Below, piece by piece: positions 37,501 through 52,060 of a DNA stretch of 64,000 bases (its first letter is position 1; each line of letters opens with the position of its first letter). The notes under the pieces were generated by a model, which did not search any database, was not told the origin of the DNA, and worked only from the letters and a program-made list of their open reading frames with translations. The position numbers and the translations under genes were made by a program. Source of the DNA: Camelus dromedarius (lineage: Eukaryota); NCBI RefSeq assembly GCF_036321535.1, contig NC_087436.1, positions 103,480,001-103,544,000 of the forward strand, in the 5' to 3' direction.

Positions 37501-40084
37501 AAAATCCAGTGTACTAGATTTTTCATTGTCATACAGATTGAAAAGAGCTTTCTCCAGCCATTTGCACTCAGAAATAACCCATGGATGGCTTTTGCTATGT
37601 GAGAACAAACCATGCCTGGGGTCAGATTCTGACACAGAAATGTCACAGGGAATCTTCACAGAAGAACACACCACCTTAACCCAAAGGGACATGGAAATGC
37701 ATCAAAAGAGATGCAAGATCACTTAAAACCAAGAAAAAAAAAACCCAAAATAAAACAGATATGTAGCCATAACAGCAAACTTCTAAGAGCACAGTTTTTA
37801 TCATTATTTTTCAATCTTTCTATCTAATTCACTGGTTAAATATATTTTCCTCAGAACATGAGTGTTCTGCTCTTGCCTCAAGAAAATAATACTCTTCTTT
37901 TCCCTAAATGCTTCATTTTGACCCAAGATATGACTATATTCCCAGGCTACATTTTCAAAGAGGGCATCAGAGGGAGCCATTTATTCTATTGTTGATAAAG
38001 AGATTCGTTGTGAAACTCATTTCTGTATCAATACCCAGTGACAGTCATTTTGCTGAGACATGGTGACAGATGTGAGTTGACACCTACAGAATTATAACTG
38101 AGTTTCTACCAAATACTACACCTGTTATAGGCATCAAATGAAATCTTATGATATGAAAGCCTAGCATTATTATATCAGCTTTTTAGCAAATAGAGTTCAT
38201 AAGTTACCTTGAGTAGTAAATATTTATCTTTACTAATTTTGTGCTGCACTTAATCTTTAGAAAGCAGACCATATTGTAAAGAAGCACTGGACAAAAGAAT
38301 GAATCTCTCTCCCTCTCCAGTTCTGCTCTAAATCTGTGTGACCTTGGATATAACACGTTTCTCTGTGTTTATTCATTCTGTAGACAGCTTTCTCTTCTAC
38401 AGAATTAGGGCATCTGGGTAAGTGAACAATGACATCCTTTTTAACTTCAGCATTTTGTTATTTTGCTGAAGCTGGGCACTAGAGAACTGCCAGTGTGGTT
38501 CAGTTTTCATAGGTGATTACTGGATGCATACTATGTGCCAAGTACTATCCTAAAAACCAGGCAAGCAAACGTGAAGAATGGGTGACAGAAAAAGTATAAA
38601 CTACATCGTGAGCTCCGTGGTATATGGGCTCTGCTAGATGGAACTAGGGATTCCCTGGGCCACGCATAGGGTCTCTAGCGTCACCCGGTTGGTGTGGATT
38701 TAATATTTGCTGAATGACTGACTGAATGAATATGGTGTGTTATGTTTATTTCCAATGTTCTGACATGACAGAAAAATTCCATAAGTTGTCAAATAAACTT
38801 TAAGAGAACAATTAGAGGTGAAGCAATATATGAAACAGAACTTTGGAACTGACTTTTCAGGGCAACTGCAAAGTAAAGAAGCCTATTTTCCAACAGTAAA
38901 AGTCTCTTTGGAAACAGAGCCTGCTTTCAGGAATGAGAGGGAAGTCTTCATGAGTTACATAGCAGAATTTCTTATGACAAAGACTTTTAGCTACCCTTCT
39001 CAATTTTCAGCCTTACCTTGTGCCCTTTAAGATAAATATCTTTAGTCTAATGATTCTGTATGTTATATAGACACATCTAATTATTTTTCAGGAAACAAAT
39101 ATTTAAACCACTTGTTAAATGTGCCAATACCTTTATCTGATACTCTTTAACATTAAATTTAAATTTGCTACAAAAAATATTTCTTCTCCACTATCTATTT
39201 ATATATTGACGAGGCATTGTGATTTAGAGGAGATAGAGGTCTTTTGAGACCTCGATTTAAATCCTGGAAAATATTCTTAACGAAATCATTCATAAAAGTC
39301 CTGGATTATAACAAGACCTCAAAAACTGTTAAAAAACAGAATCTCCATTATTAGAGTTTTTAAAAAGAAGTAAAGAAGAGTGTTCAGTACTACACAGAAT
39401 ATTTTCTTTCTACTCCATTTCCTAAACAGTTCAGTCAGGAAATAAAAGGTCTGCCCTTGGTCTTTCCTTTTTTTTAAATATCTATGCTCTGTTAGGAGTT
39501 AACAAGTTATATGGAAAATATGCTCACCAACAAGTTTACACTTTGGTCACGTCAGTACTAATTCGTAAAATATACAATAAAAGGAATTATTAAGTGTCTT
39601 AGAATTTTCAGAACGTTCTTATTAATTTTATTCTCAGGAACAAAAATAATTTCATAAGCATTTTTCAATTTCTGTCTATCACAGATGCTTGAAGAACTAG
39701 ACTCCTAATACTGATGTGGTTATTACCTCACTATTTGGTGCTGAGATTTTTCCATGTAAGTGTCTCAAATTCAAGTCATTTGTGTTGATTACCTTGTGTG
39801 AATTTGGCCTCGAACTATAAATTTAACACATAAGCAGCAGTTGTCAGCTTGTGAGGCTAAATAGGACAGATTTCTTACCTACAGTACAGGGCAGCACTGT
39901 CGCCTGAGCTTTGAGACCTCTACATGATTTATCACGAGCGCTGTCAGAGAAGCACACTAAGTCCAGGCCCAAGAGCCCGAGGCAGTGACCTGTGCTTGGT
40001 TCAGCAGGCCAGACGCAGGCGTGTGTGCGCTTGAGGCTCTTCCCAGGGCACAGGGACATTTTAAGACATTTTTAAATCTTGTAG

Positions 40085-40250
40085 AAATTTAGAGCCCAGA
40101 GGGCTTAAATCATTATGTATTCAGCTCCCTTATCATGGAAAAGAGAAACCTGCAGCTAAGAAAGGGTTAGTATTAACACAAGGTCACATGGCCAATTACT
40201 GGAAGAAGCCTAGAGTGGAACCTTAATTCCTGACTCCCCATTTCAAATTT
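40085..40250 (-). mobile_element. MIR fragment
   Basis: caaggtcacatggccaattactggaagaagcctag..tcctgactccc. Confidence 0.6.
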
Positions 40251-40588
40251 CCTTGTAACACAACCCTATTTAAAGAAGTTTATTTTTATGGAGAGGAGTG
40301 GGACATTTGAACACAGTTTCTAGGTGGCAAATCCATAAAATAACAAAAGAATCATAAATTCCATATAACTTCTAACTCATTCTCTTCTATTTCCAAGGTT
40401 CTCTCTAGGGCACCCAGCAACCAGCATAAACACATTCTTGCTAAAAGTGGATTTCAGATACTCAGGAGACCATGCCAGTGGACCACAGGATATCTGGCCT
40501 TCTGGTAAGGTCTGCTGGAGGAATAAATTCATTAGTAATAGGGAAACAGGTGCTGAAGGAAAAACACTCAAAAACTGCACCTCAGGTG

Positions 40589-40927
40589 TGTCTTAGTCCA
40601 CTCTGGTTGCTATTAAACATATTTATTTCTTATAGTTCTGGAGGCAGGGAAGTCCCAGATCAGGATACCTGCTGATTTGGTGTTTGGTGAGGGCCCACTT
40701 CCTGGCTCACAGATGGCTGTCTTCCCGCTGTATTTTCAGATGCGGGGGGGGGGGGTGAGGGAACTCTCTGGGCTCTCTCTAGTAAAGGCACTAATCTCAT
40801 TCACAAGGGCTCCACTCTCATAACCTGACCACCAACCATGGGCCTCCGCCTCCAAACACCATTACACTGGGATTTAAAACTTCAACATATAAATTTTGGG
40901 GGGGACACAAACATTCAGTCTATAGAA
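40589..40927 (-). mobile_element. MaLR solo LTR (MLT1A-like) with 5-bp TSD
   Basis: tgtcttagtcc..atttatttcttatagttctggaggc..ggtgagggccc..ggacacaaacattcagtctataga; TSD aggtg at 40584-40588 and 40928-40932. Confidence 0.88.
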
Positions 40928-43900
40928 AGGTGCATTTTCATGGTTACACGCAGGTCCCAGACAAAGAAGGGCGAACTAGCAGGAAACCTGTCTTTACAAG
41001 ATGTCCCTTTTTGGCAAACAGCTCAGCAATCAGGACCATGATGCTAGAAGATCAGGGGCAAGTCTAAATTTCAAGTCAAATCAAATCAAATCATTTAAAA
41101 AATAAAATAAAATAAAATAGAACTACAGACTTCCAGAAGAAGAGGATATTGGAATGACTCTCGACTTCACATTTAGACAACTCTCAATACTAAACACCCC
41201 TCAAATGCTATACTCCATTCACACTGCACTTGTCATTCCTCAAAAATACTCATTCTTGAAGGTCTTGGAATATGTAATTCCCTCTTGTACATTTTTCCAA
41301 ACTTTGCCAACTGTCATCTAACTTTTACTCATCTTTCTAAAAGCAGTTTAGATTTTGTCTGCTTTAAGTAGAGTGTTCATATATCACTCAAAAGCAAGAC
41401 AATTTGAAGTTGGAAGGATGTGTTGTTAATAACCATATAAAACAACCTTAAACTAGGACTGTCCCAGGCAACCTAGAAGGTGACAGCCCTGTCATCTGTT
41501 CTCCTTTGCAGCACCAGCTTGTAGGTAAGAATTGTGACTACCTCAATTCTTCTTGCAATATTATTCTCAACAAATAAAATATATCTTTACAAACTTCTTT
41601 GTTTTTAATTTCCATTGTTCTATTCTAGTGCTATATAGATGTGCTCAATGTGAGAGTATTTTTTTCACTTTTTACAAAGTAATTAATTGCTTTCCATTTT
41701 AGAGAAAAAATGTAGCTTACATTCAATCATACATTCTTTAAAACTTAAAAAGTATTAAACAAGGACTGTGTTAGTCCTCTGTAAAAGGAAAAGTGCTCAC
41801 ATTATCAGTAAAAATCACTGGAAACTAAAATGAGAGATGGAAAATGTATCTGTTTCTGAATTTGTTCTTCATTATTAATCCATGATATTAGATATTTGAT
41901 CATAAAGAATGATTTAATCTAAAATGGATTAAGTTATATTGGAATTTTCAAAATACCTCTTTAGTGTCCTTAGCTAAAGGAAATTGTACTTGGCAGGTGA
42001 CATAAAGGAGACTGAACCAGCCATTTGCCCAATAGACATGCATTATTTTATGTGACAGCAAATTGAATTCCTTGTGAGATAATGAAGGTCATATTTCCCT
42101 TATCTTCAGCACATCTATTAATCTTTAAATAATGTGTTATGACTCTCCTGACAATTATGACATCTGAAGTTTCAGTTTTCTTCCTCCCATGGGAGGTGAC
42201 ATTTTGTTTTGAAAATAGTGTCAAATGGCTACTATCATGATGGAAGGTCATTTGGCTGCCTCTTCACATTGAATATCCACCTGAAGATCATTAACATAGG
42301 AAAACAACTGTTTAGACCTAGAGACTTTTCCATGGAGTCTATTCACAAACATACCTATTCATCAAAAATCCTTCACAGTCCCAGAAGGAAAACTCAAAAT
42401 ATAAACTGATCTGTTTGTTAATTAATATATATGGTCCTTAGTACATCTAAAAAATTATTTTGGTTAAATTAGATTAAATTTGATTAAATAAGAGATCTTC
42501 ATTCCCATAAATTTGTTTCATAAAAACCATAAAAAGTGAGGAACCTGTATTTATAGGCATTTTATGTAGTGATGTATTATTTATAATGGTTGCCTAGTAG
42601 AAAAATTTTAATGTACAGGTGGCTCCAGCTGACCACTAAACCATCTCAAAAGTTACCAGCAAGTAAAGAGAGAGAACAAGAGAAAGAGAATCCTTAGAGA
42701 AAATTTTCCATAGAGAAGATGGATTCGCATTACTTATTGTTACCTAATGAATGAAAAAATGCAGTTTATCAAATGAAAAAAATAAATACTTTTATCTTCT
42801 CTCTTCTTATCAGAATATCAATAATGTTAATCAGATTCTTCTATTATTCAAAATAGCATTGCACATTATCAAAATCTTCATAAATAAATATATACATATC
42901 TTTTGAACATCACCATCATTGACTCCACAAATGTGTACTGTGTGTTCAATGAGTGGCAGATATTACTGAATATAATCATATATAACCCCTAACTACCTTC
43001 AGGTGTTAAGTTTTGTAGTGGATGCCAAAATGATAACATGATACAGAATATTGTTCTTCAAGAGGAAGAGACAAAATGGGAAACAAATGAAAGAGATCAG
43101 CTGATGGGAAGAGGTAGACTGGGCAAGATACCACGTATAGATTTTACTTTCTTTATTGTTTCCCTTCTAGACTACAAACCACTGAAGACAAACTCCAAGT
43201 GAGAATTGTTATTTTATCCTTCAGGAAATCTCTACACAAAGTCTGACTCACGCTAGACAATCTCCATATCTGCTAACTGCATAAACTAGAAAGCAACTGT
43301 GATTTGTATGCAACTACAACTGCTTTGCTAGAAACACAGTTTTCCAACATGTATTACACGTTTTTCAACACAGTTCTCCATGTGTAAAAGGAAAATTGCT
43401 CCATAATTAGACAAAGCACTCCTTACTGGCTTCTCAAGAATATGATGACCAAACTGACATTTGCCTAAACTATCTATATCTATCTTCCAGCTTGGAGAAA
43501 GTTAACCACACACTGTGTGGTTTTTTAAAAAGATATACAAAGCTTACTTTGACTTTTAAGGAAAAGTAAATTGGAAAATAAGTGGGAAAAATCAGTCATA
43601 CTTTATATGAAGTAGCAAATATCAAATGAAATTGGCAAATATAAAAAAGTACTGGCAACTTTAACAGCTGAAATAATAAAAGTAAACAATATTTGATATT
43701 TCCAAAGAACTGTATTTGATTTTTCCTCCATTGTAATAGAACTTTATGGTCTCTGAAACTTCACTTTGATAAATGTAATAAAGGGAAAAAGTAAATTGAA
43801 AAGGCAAAAATACAGCAAAATGCACACACATAGGAAAATCTTACATTGTTAAAATCATTTTTAAGGAAAATGGTGAAATAATATCTGCAAATAATAAAAT

Positions 43901-44609
43901 AAGATATAATGTGCATCACAGGAAATGTTAAAAGTTAGCAATATCATGTAACAAAAAGTTATTGGAGATGCACACACATATAATGTAAATGGAAAGAGGG
44001 AGATTTTATATACATGTGTATGTGTATATCTGTGTGTGTGCCTGGGAGAAGACATAAGACAGACTCATAGCCTCTTTCCCTGTGACACCTACTTTCATAT
44101 GGAAGAAACGTAGTGAACTGCATAGGCTGCCATTAGGAAAACATAGCAGTGTAAGGCTTGAGCTGTTGCATTCTCAATATTTGATTTATATAAATTACAA
44201 TAAAGGTGGGAACAAAAGCATGAAGTGTTTCTCAATCTTTACGACTTATTCAATGTCTTAAGAATGATTTCATACCTTATAATTCATAATAATTCTATCA
44301 GAGAAGAGAAGACAGATAATTCCTAATGACACAAAAGAGAAAGAAATAGTCCTTATTCTATATAATCATCGTCAGTTATGTGGAGAGTAAAACTGGGAAA
44401 CACAGAATGTCACCGAAAGAAAAGGATGGATCAAGTGGGGTCTATAAATCTTGACTGTGGTTGAGCGCATTTTATTTATTCCCTTTCAAAATAGCAGTTG
44501 TCTTCAACACCTGAGGGACATGGAACAATTCATGAAAAGGAATGTCATCAGCCTAAGTCTGAATATACAGTGTGACAAAATCCAACTCATGCTCTGCATA
44601 GATTATTCT

Positions 44610-44930
44610 TACTTCAGTAACAAGACTGAACATAGGGGCAAGGGCAGAAAGTTAAGAAGATTCTGCAGTCATCTCAGTAAGAGATGGTGATTTGGATTAG
44701 GCACCAGCAGCAAAAGTGATCAGAATTACTCCAGTTTTGCATAATTTGAAGGTAGACTGAAGAGAATGAACTGATCGGCTATGACCTGGGCTGTGGGTGG
44801 AGTAGGTTAGCGTGAGAAAAGAAATCAAGTATTCAGTTTTGGATGTAATTTTGAAATATCCAATTTGATATGTGACTTGAAATTTGGGGGAAATATCTGG
44901 GCTGCATATTTACACTAACTTGAAGTGAAA
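44610..44930 (-). mobile_element. L2 fragment
   Basis: gttaagaagattctgcagtcatctcagtaagagatggtga..attcagttttggatgt. Confidence 0.5.
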
Positions 44931-44949
44931 AAAGCACTAAAATTAAGAT

Positions 44950-45236
44950 TTGGGTACAAACTTCAAGTTATAAAATATTTACGTCATAGGGATGTAATGT
45001 ACAGCATAGTGACTATAGTTAATTATACTGTATTGCATATTTAAAAGCTGCTAAGAGAGTAGATCTTTAAAATTCTCATCACAAGGGAAAAAATGTTTGT
45101 AACTGGATGGTGATAAATGTTAACTAGACTTATTGTGGTGATCATTTTACAAGATATACATATATCAAATCAATATATTGTACACCTGAAACTAGTATAA
45201 TGTTGTATGTCCATTATACCTCAGTTTAAAAAAATA
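44950..45236 (+). mobile_element. L1 3' end (L1MA9-like)
   Basis: gggatgtaatgtacagcatagtgactatagtta..gctaagagagtagatc..tacacctgaaacta..tatacctca plus A tail. Confidence 0.85.
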
Positions 45237-45289
45237 CAGGTGAAGAACGATCCCAAATGAGGGAACAACACTGGTTAGACATGCAACAA

Positions 45290-45890
45290 ACACTAGCCCA
45301 TTTCCAAACCCATTTCTTTTCTTCCTGGCTACACATCTAGATTACATTTCCTGGCCACCCTTCAAGTTTAGTATGATTGAATTCTGACTGAAGTGCCACT
45401 CCTAAGCCTGGGACAAGGCAAATTTCTCATGTATGATCCTTCCTATTCCTTCACTCTCTGCCAACGTGGTAACAGGCATGCACAGGGACTTTGGAAATAC
45501 TGTGTTGACGATGGTTGTGGAAGACATTGCTAGTGCTCCCTGTATCCAGCTTCTGCTACTACTCTAGACACATGGAAGACTCTAGCTCCAAAAGCCCCCT
45601 CTTCCAGTTTTGGCCAATGAGCTTTAAGCAGAAGTGATGCTTGTTATTTCTAGACTGAAGAATTTAGTTGCTAAAGTTTCAGTTTTTACTGCTACAACAA
45701 CCAAGGAGGACCAATGAGATGGCACGGCTACAGGATGGTGGAGAATTCTTCATCCACATTGAGATAACTTGACCTGGAGAGCGGCTAAGTCACAGTAAAC
45801 CTCATATGAGAGATAAATTTTTATTATTTAACATCATAATTTTTGAGGTTGTTCTTCACCATGGCATAATGTATCCCATCCTGAATCTCA
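45290..45890 (+). mobile_element. Old MaLR LTR pieces (MLT1I/J-like), probably two adjacent or nested copies
   Basis: agattacatttcctggcc; ggccaatgag..agcagaagtgatg; gagataaatttttattatttaa..ttttgaggttgtt. Confidence 0.55.
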
Positions 45891-46664
45891 TGTGATTGAT
45901 AGCTCTTCCTCTGAATGACTCACATCCATCATCCTATTGAATCGATGCCTGTATCATCTTTTAAGCCAACAATTCCATTTTGGGAGATGTTACAAAAGAT
46001 AATTTGAGGGGAGGATATTCTTTTCCTCTTCTGGATCTCTCTTCTGTTTGTTTTGTTTTGTTTTGTTTTTCTAAAACAGCTATATCATTTTTAATTCAAA
46101 ATCATATATCAATTCTTCCTCCTTGTCATCAACACCCCAAGTTCTTTAGAGAAAAAATATAAAGCCTCAGGAGTGGGAAAGATCCTATCAACATTAAGAG
46201 TGTGGCTGTAATTGAGTTTTCTGTCTTGCCTTTATACTAACTGTTCTTTAAGTTTATTCTTCAAAGATTTCAAATGTCCTGCTGGTTCTCTCAGTGCTAT
46301 CCAGTCACCATATTTTAGCTACAAATTACCATCTGCTTAAGCCTGTGTGTCTGATACATCATCTCAAAAGTGGCCTGTTTTTTGGTTCTCCACATATCAC
46401 ATGACCTGCCCTCCTATGACAAGACAGCCTAGAGGCTTAGCTGTACTTTTAACAATTTGTCCATAATACCACACTCTCTGTGGACTAATTTCCAAATTCT
46501 CATTTCCAGCCCTGTATAAGCATCCTTAGACTAACCAAATCCTGCCTAACAGAACTCAAATTCTGCCAGTGCATTCATTTCATGCCTTCTAACTTTACAA
46601 TAAAATTCCCTAAGTTAGTTTCCAGGGAACAATGGATTTTAAAGCCCAAAAGTGAATCTCACTT

Positions 46665-46880
46665 AACAGTTAAGTGAGTCACAAGGCCTTACTTCTAATT
46701 CCAGTTCTACCACTTACTAGATCTATGACTTTTGACAATAAACCTAATTGCTGTACAGCTCAGTTTTTTCACCTGTAAAATGGTAACAAAAACATGATCC
46801 ACCACATAAGGTTATTCTGAGGACTGCCTGAGATACTGCATCTGATGTGCCCTGAAACATGGTGCGCATCCAATACATAT
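46665..46880 (+). mobile_element. MIR SINE
   Basis: tctaattccagttctaccacttactag..ctcagttttttcacctgtaaaatgg..aaggttattctgaggact. Confidence 0.8.
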
Positions 46881-47029
46881 CTGTCCTTAGAATCAGACTT
46901 TACTTGGATCAGTTTTTATTTTCATAACCATAGCAGCTTAAATGATTTAAACTAAATGTTTTTATCTTATCTACTGACAAGTAAAGGATAATGTAACAAA
47001 TATTCTTTGGAACATCACCCAGAATTCAA

Positions 47030-48130
47030 AAAATATTATTGTATCACATTTGCTTCAAAATTTTCTTGAAGGAAATAAACCATAATCTTTAGTTGAAGAT
47101 TTCATTTTTCTCCTCCTCATCTCATTTCCTTCTGTCCCGGAGGCAATCGCTATCAAATAGTTTATTTCTTCATATTCTTGGTTAGAATGTTGTGAAACAA
47201 GTATATATCATATATAAACACCACAGTGTGTGTATGGTTTAATCACTTATATACATATTACCATAACTTAAGAATCATTGTTAAACTTGCTTTTTTTTCA
47301 CTCAACATTATGATTTGAGGTCTACCTATCCATGAAACATTTGATGTATTTCATTGACTTTAACTTTAGTGTATCATTTCTTCATATGAATATTCTATAG
47401 TTCACCCATAACCCTATTGAATATTTAGGTTATTTAAATTTTTTTCACTCCTACAAAATGAGCTCCAGCAATAAACATACTTAGCCACATTTCATTGTAA
47501 AAACATATAAAAATTCCTAAAGATACGTAAGTGGTTAAATTGCCTTTTCAACTTTACTAGATATAGCCCAATTGCTGTGAAACTGAGTTATCAATTTATC
47601 CTTTTGCCTAAAGTGCATAAGGAGTCAACTTTACCATATGTTAGCCAAATTTAGCATCATATGGCATTTTATTTTTTTGCCATGGGTAAAAATAGTATCT
47701 CTGAGTTACATTAATTTGTATTTTCCTGACTATTAGTGTTTTTGAGCATCTTTCACATGTTTAACAGGTTACAGTTTTCTCCTGTATTAACTGCCTGTTA
47801 CAGCCTATATGGGGCTATTTTCTCATTTAGTGCAAGTGCCATTTTTATCATATCCTAAATGTTCATATACGTACAAGTTTGATTCTGATGTCACATTCTT
47901 ATCCATTAATTAATATAATTATCCATGAGTCAATATCTTAACATTTAATTACTGCATTTTATAATAAATCTTAATACTTTGTAAGGTTGGTTTTCTGCTC
48001 ATTTGACTTCATTATAAAAGTTTGGTTATTCTTCAGCATTCATTTGAGGATTATCTAGTCATTAAAAATACTGTTAGAATTGTTACTGGAATTACACTGA
48101 CTAGGTTAATTTGGAGAGAACAAACTTTAA
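47030..48130 (-). mobile_element. Highly decayed L1M(E)-like fragment
   Basis: ttgcttttttttcactcaacattatg..gaatatttaggttattt..taatttgtattttcctgactattagt..ttgagcatctttcacatgttta. Confidence 0.65.
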
Positions 48131-48414
48131 AACTTATTTTATAAAATATACAAGTTTTTAATATAGTGAGCACTGATACAAGTCTTCAATTTCTACTTTT
48201 CACTAAACTCATACTAACCCCTAACCAGAGTTTCTAAGTAAATTATTTGTGTCCCATACTGGCTTTTCAGTTTGTGCTGTGTCTCCTTCATATTTCAAAG
48301 CTGAGATTATGTTTTTATTAGCGCAACTGCTCAAACACTGGCCTTAAATATTGGGTCTGCTTTCCTCTCTTCCTTCCTTCATAATCCCTACCATTCATGC
48401 ATTATGAGAAACTT

Positions 48415-48875
48415 TGCAAAAGCGGTTGCAAGAATTCCTCTGATTCCTGTATGCATGCTTCTTTGCATTGTCATTTTGCCACGTCTCATATAGAAGAAGT
48501 AGAACCTATATCCCCACTCTTTGAATCAAGGCTGGCCTTAGAACTTACTTTGACCAGAGTGATATTGTACATCTTCTCAGACTAGACCTAAAGAGAACTT
48601 GCAGCTTCCATTTTCATTCTCTTAGAATGCAGTACACCACGTGAAGAAACTCAAGATAGCCTACTGAAGGATGAAGACCACGTGGAGCTGAGATGAGCCA
48701 GTCCAGCCGATTTTCCTCATCAAGCCTCCATAATTCATCTGAGTCAAGCTTCAGATGACTGTAAACACATGACTAAGATCAAGTGAGACCATTCTAGCCA
48801 GCTGAGCACGGCTCAAATTACCAGCCCACAGAATGGTGAGATGATTAATGATTGTTGATTTAAGCTACTAAAACA
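48415..48875 (+). mobile_element. MaLR LTR (MLT1H/F-like)
   Basis: tttgaatcaaggctggcctt..acttactttgacca..ttgcagcttcc..gccagctgagc..cccacagaatggtgag..ttgttgatttaagctactaa. Confidence 0.7.
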
Positions 48876-50629
48876 CCCACAGTCCCTCAAACTCATGTAA
48901 ACAAAATGTTATGGACCATTCTGTACTCTTCTCTGTGCTCTTGTAATCATGTCTACATAATCAATGGGTTATTTATTTTTGTGGGGTTTTACAAAAATGC
49001 TACACTGCATTATACACCTTTAACTACATCTTGCTTGTGATATTAAAACTGTATATATTGTAGAAATCCTTCCCAGTTGTCTTATAGATTCTTTCAGTAA
49101 TGGTTGCATAAAGTTTCACGTATGAATATGCCACAATCTTTACAAGCATTCTCTTACTAACGGAAAGTTACCAGTCAGCTTTTACTATTACATAATGAAT
49201 ATTCTTGTTCATTGGCCCTTATTTGCTGGTACGTTTACTCCAAGGGGACACATTCTAAGAATGGATTAGCAGCAAATTCATATATGCTAAGGATCATTTC
49301 TCACAATTCTTTTACCAACTTTTTAACACTTCTTTTTTTGGAGTCTCCATTTTAGTTTGTTACAGTTAGTGTTGGTGTTCTATCTTTGGCATTACAAAGA
49401 TTAGGCATTTGAGTGAAATATCCTCAGAATTCTTACAGAACCACATTCTTTTTCCATGACAGGTATGTAATGTTTTGCCAGTCTATGGAATGTCGGGTTG
49501 CATTCCTTTTATTTAACTAGTCTGTAGATCTCATTCCAGTGCTTCCCATGTTGCTGTGTTACAATTGAGAAGTTGATTCCAGTGATAGTCTCTTCCTTTG
49601 GAAGTAATATGCTCATTATGTCTGGAAGCATGGCAAAGTTTCGCTTTCTTTTTTCTTCTTTGTATTTCCAACCCAAGAACATTGAATGTCCCTATATTTT
49701 TGTCTTCTTTTTCTCAGCAATGTTTTTATTTTTCAGTGTAGTTGTTCTAGACATATTTTCTTAGATTTAGTCTTATTTTATAATTTTTGGAATTAAAAGT
49801 GTAATTTTTAAAATTTCATTTCCCAAATGTGTGCTGCTAGTATATAAAAATATGATGGATTTTTATCTGTTAACCTTGTAATTTGTGCTCTTGTTTTATT
49901 TTCTTAGTAGTAACTCCAGTAGTTGGTTGCTAAATTCATTAGGCTTTTCTATGTTAACTAATATATCATATGCCAATAGACAAATTTTGTCTATCTTATG
50001 GAGAAATTTAGTTCATGTCCTCTTATTTCATTTTTCTTCAAGTATAGGCCTCCTTAGATCTCAGCCCCCCACTCTTGCCCCTTGCTCCCCAGACTAACTA
50101 AGAATCTAGCAGAGATGTCTGTCTTCAGTTCCAAAAACTGAGAAATTCAGTTCTGATTTTGGGGGAGATTTTAAGTTTACCTTTTAACCTCCATCCCCTG
50201 AGGCTTTAAATTCTGCCAAATGTCTTGAGAGGGTCATCAGTTTTAGTCTACCTCCCTCTCACAGTACATGTGAGAAGTCTTTGACCCAGCTCCCAGCCTC
50301 ACAAAAGCTGTACCAGAACTCATCAAATGTTGCATATGTGCAGGGCTTCGCAGAGTGAACCAATGCAAAAGTAACAGCCCTGTTGGTTTCTTCCTTTCCC
50401 AATAGAGTCCCTCTGCTTGGGCCAAGCTTGATTCTGTTTATATCCAAAATTATGAACAAATTTTTATAAATTATGTAGAAAGCATATAAATTCACTCCCC
50501 CACTGTGTTAAACCAGTAATGGCAGACACTATACAATTTTTCACCTTCATTATTTTTATTTGACAATATATTGGGGAGGATCTATATTAGTACACAGATG
50601 CTTTAACCGCCTTCTCAGCACTCTTTTGG

Positions 50630-51153
50630 TGAAGCAGGAATTCCTGGGGAGGGGCAAGGAGATGGCCAAACACAGGATACCTGACACTACACAGGTGAAA
50701 TTGACAGCAGGGTTTTGTTTTTGTTGTTTTGGTTTCTTGGTTGTTGTTTTTTGTTTGTTTTTGTTTTGTTGCTGTTGCTGTTGCTACTGTACTCACAGCC
50801 TGGGGCCAGGGGCAAAGGGGGAGATGAACACTACACACCACACAGGACCACTTGGGGGCTGCCCTTGGAAACAGAGTGAAAACCAAGGCTACAGGAAGCA
50901 AGAGCCCACTGGTTCCTGCGGAAGGATGTGAATGGCTTATCTGAAGTACTGGGCTGGCAAGGAACTGAAACCGGTCACTAAGCGAAAGGCAGCAACTGTG
51001 ACTGTTTGCCTTGATAAGGAGAGTTGTTTGACTAGGGGACATTATCCACAGGAGAATGGGGAGCAGAACATTTCCACAGGCTATCTGAGACCCTCTCAAT
51101 TTCACCAGCTGTTAAGTCAACACAAAATTATTAATTTTAGACCTTCTACCACA
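50630..51153 (-). mobile_element. ERVL-class solo LTR (MER76-like)
   Basis: GC-richer block with TG..CA ends; the right end reads tgtggtagaaggtctaaaatt..tgtgttgacttaacagctggtgaaattgagaggg on the minus strand; internal (GTTTT/GTT)n expansion. Confidence 0.5.
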
Positions 51154-51159
51154 ATAGAA

Positions 51160-52060
51160 TTCTACCACATTTGCTTTTGCAGCTGCGCAGTACTTCACTA
51201 TGTAGATAGAAGACACTTTATTCAACATACCTTCATTGTGTGAGCATTTATGTCATTTCCAATATTTTGTTATTACATAAAATAGTTCAATAACAACCTT
51301 ATTTGTGTTTGTGTGTATGTGTTCTATGTTGTTGAAAGAATAAGTATATATCCATGCTGTTGAAGTCCTAGAGGGGAGTTTGTGTCTTCAGACCTTAAAT
51401 GCATATGCACTTTTTTAGATATTGCTAAATTCTCCTCCTAAGGCTTTCTATCATTTCCCACATCTATCAAGAATATATGAGAGTGTCTGTGCACAGATCT
51501 GCCAGCTAAACGTATTGCCAAGGGTTTGAACTTTTGCTGATTTGATTAGTGAGAAATGGCATTTCAATAAATTTCAATCTGCTTCTGATATTACAAATGA
51601 AGTTGAACACACTTTCATGTGTTATACTGAGTAGGGTTATAATTCCTAATATTTCTTCTTTTTCAGGTTTTACTACTTATGTTTCCATGTTTATTTTTCT
51701 ATATAAACTTTAGAAAAAGTTGTCTAGTTCTAGAAAAAACGTGGTTGGTAAAATTAATGTTATCACATTAAATTTATAAATTACAGAGTATATATATTTA
51801 TGATATTTTGTAATTCTATCTAAAGGAATGTCTATGTGTTCAAATATACTCATGTCTTTTTAATAGATTCAAATATTTTTACATAAAATATTTTTAATAG
51901 ATTCAAATATTTTTACATACAAATATTTTACACAAAATGATATTTCATATTTCTTGTTAAATATTCTTTAGTATTTTCTTTTAAAATTTCTATTGTAAAT
52001 GCTGTTTTCACTTTATATCTTGATTGATGTTTATACATATAAAGCTTCCTGTTTCTCTCT
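51160..52060 (-). mobile_element. Decayed L1M fragment
   Basis: gtcatttccaatattttgttattac..gtgagaaatggcatttca..gaagttgaacacactttcatgtg; local ~30-bp tandem duplication near 51857-51920. Confidence 0.6.

Noticed and set aside
40744..40755. G12 run as a G-quadruplex element
   Set aside because: An isolated homopolymer expansion inside an MLT1A LTR, with no supporting context.
50560..51243. Overlapping 103-172 aa ORFs
   Set aside because: They lie inside an LTR with a (GTTTT/GTT)n expansion, and the peptides mirror the repeat.
51857..51930. Short direct repeats here and at 20377, 21886, 22263 and 23879 as array-like or CRISPR-like structure
   Set aside because: Only two or three copies each, with no regular spacers; typical slippage duplications in eukaryotic DNA.
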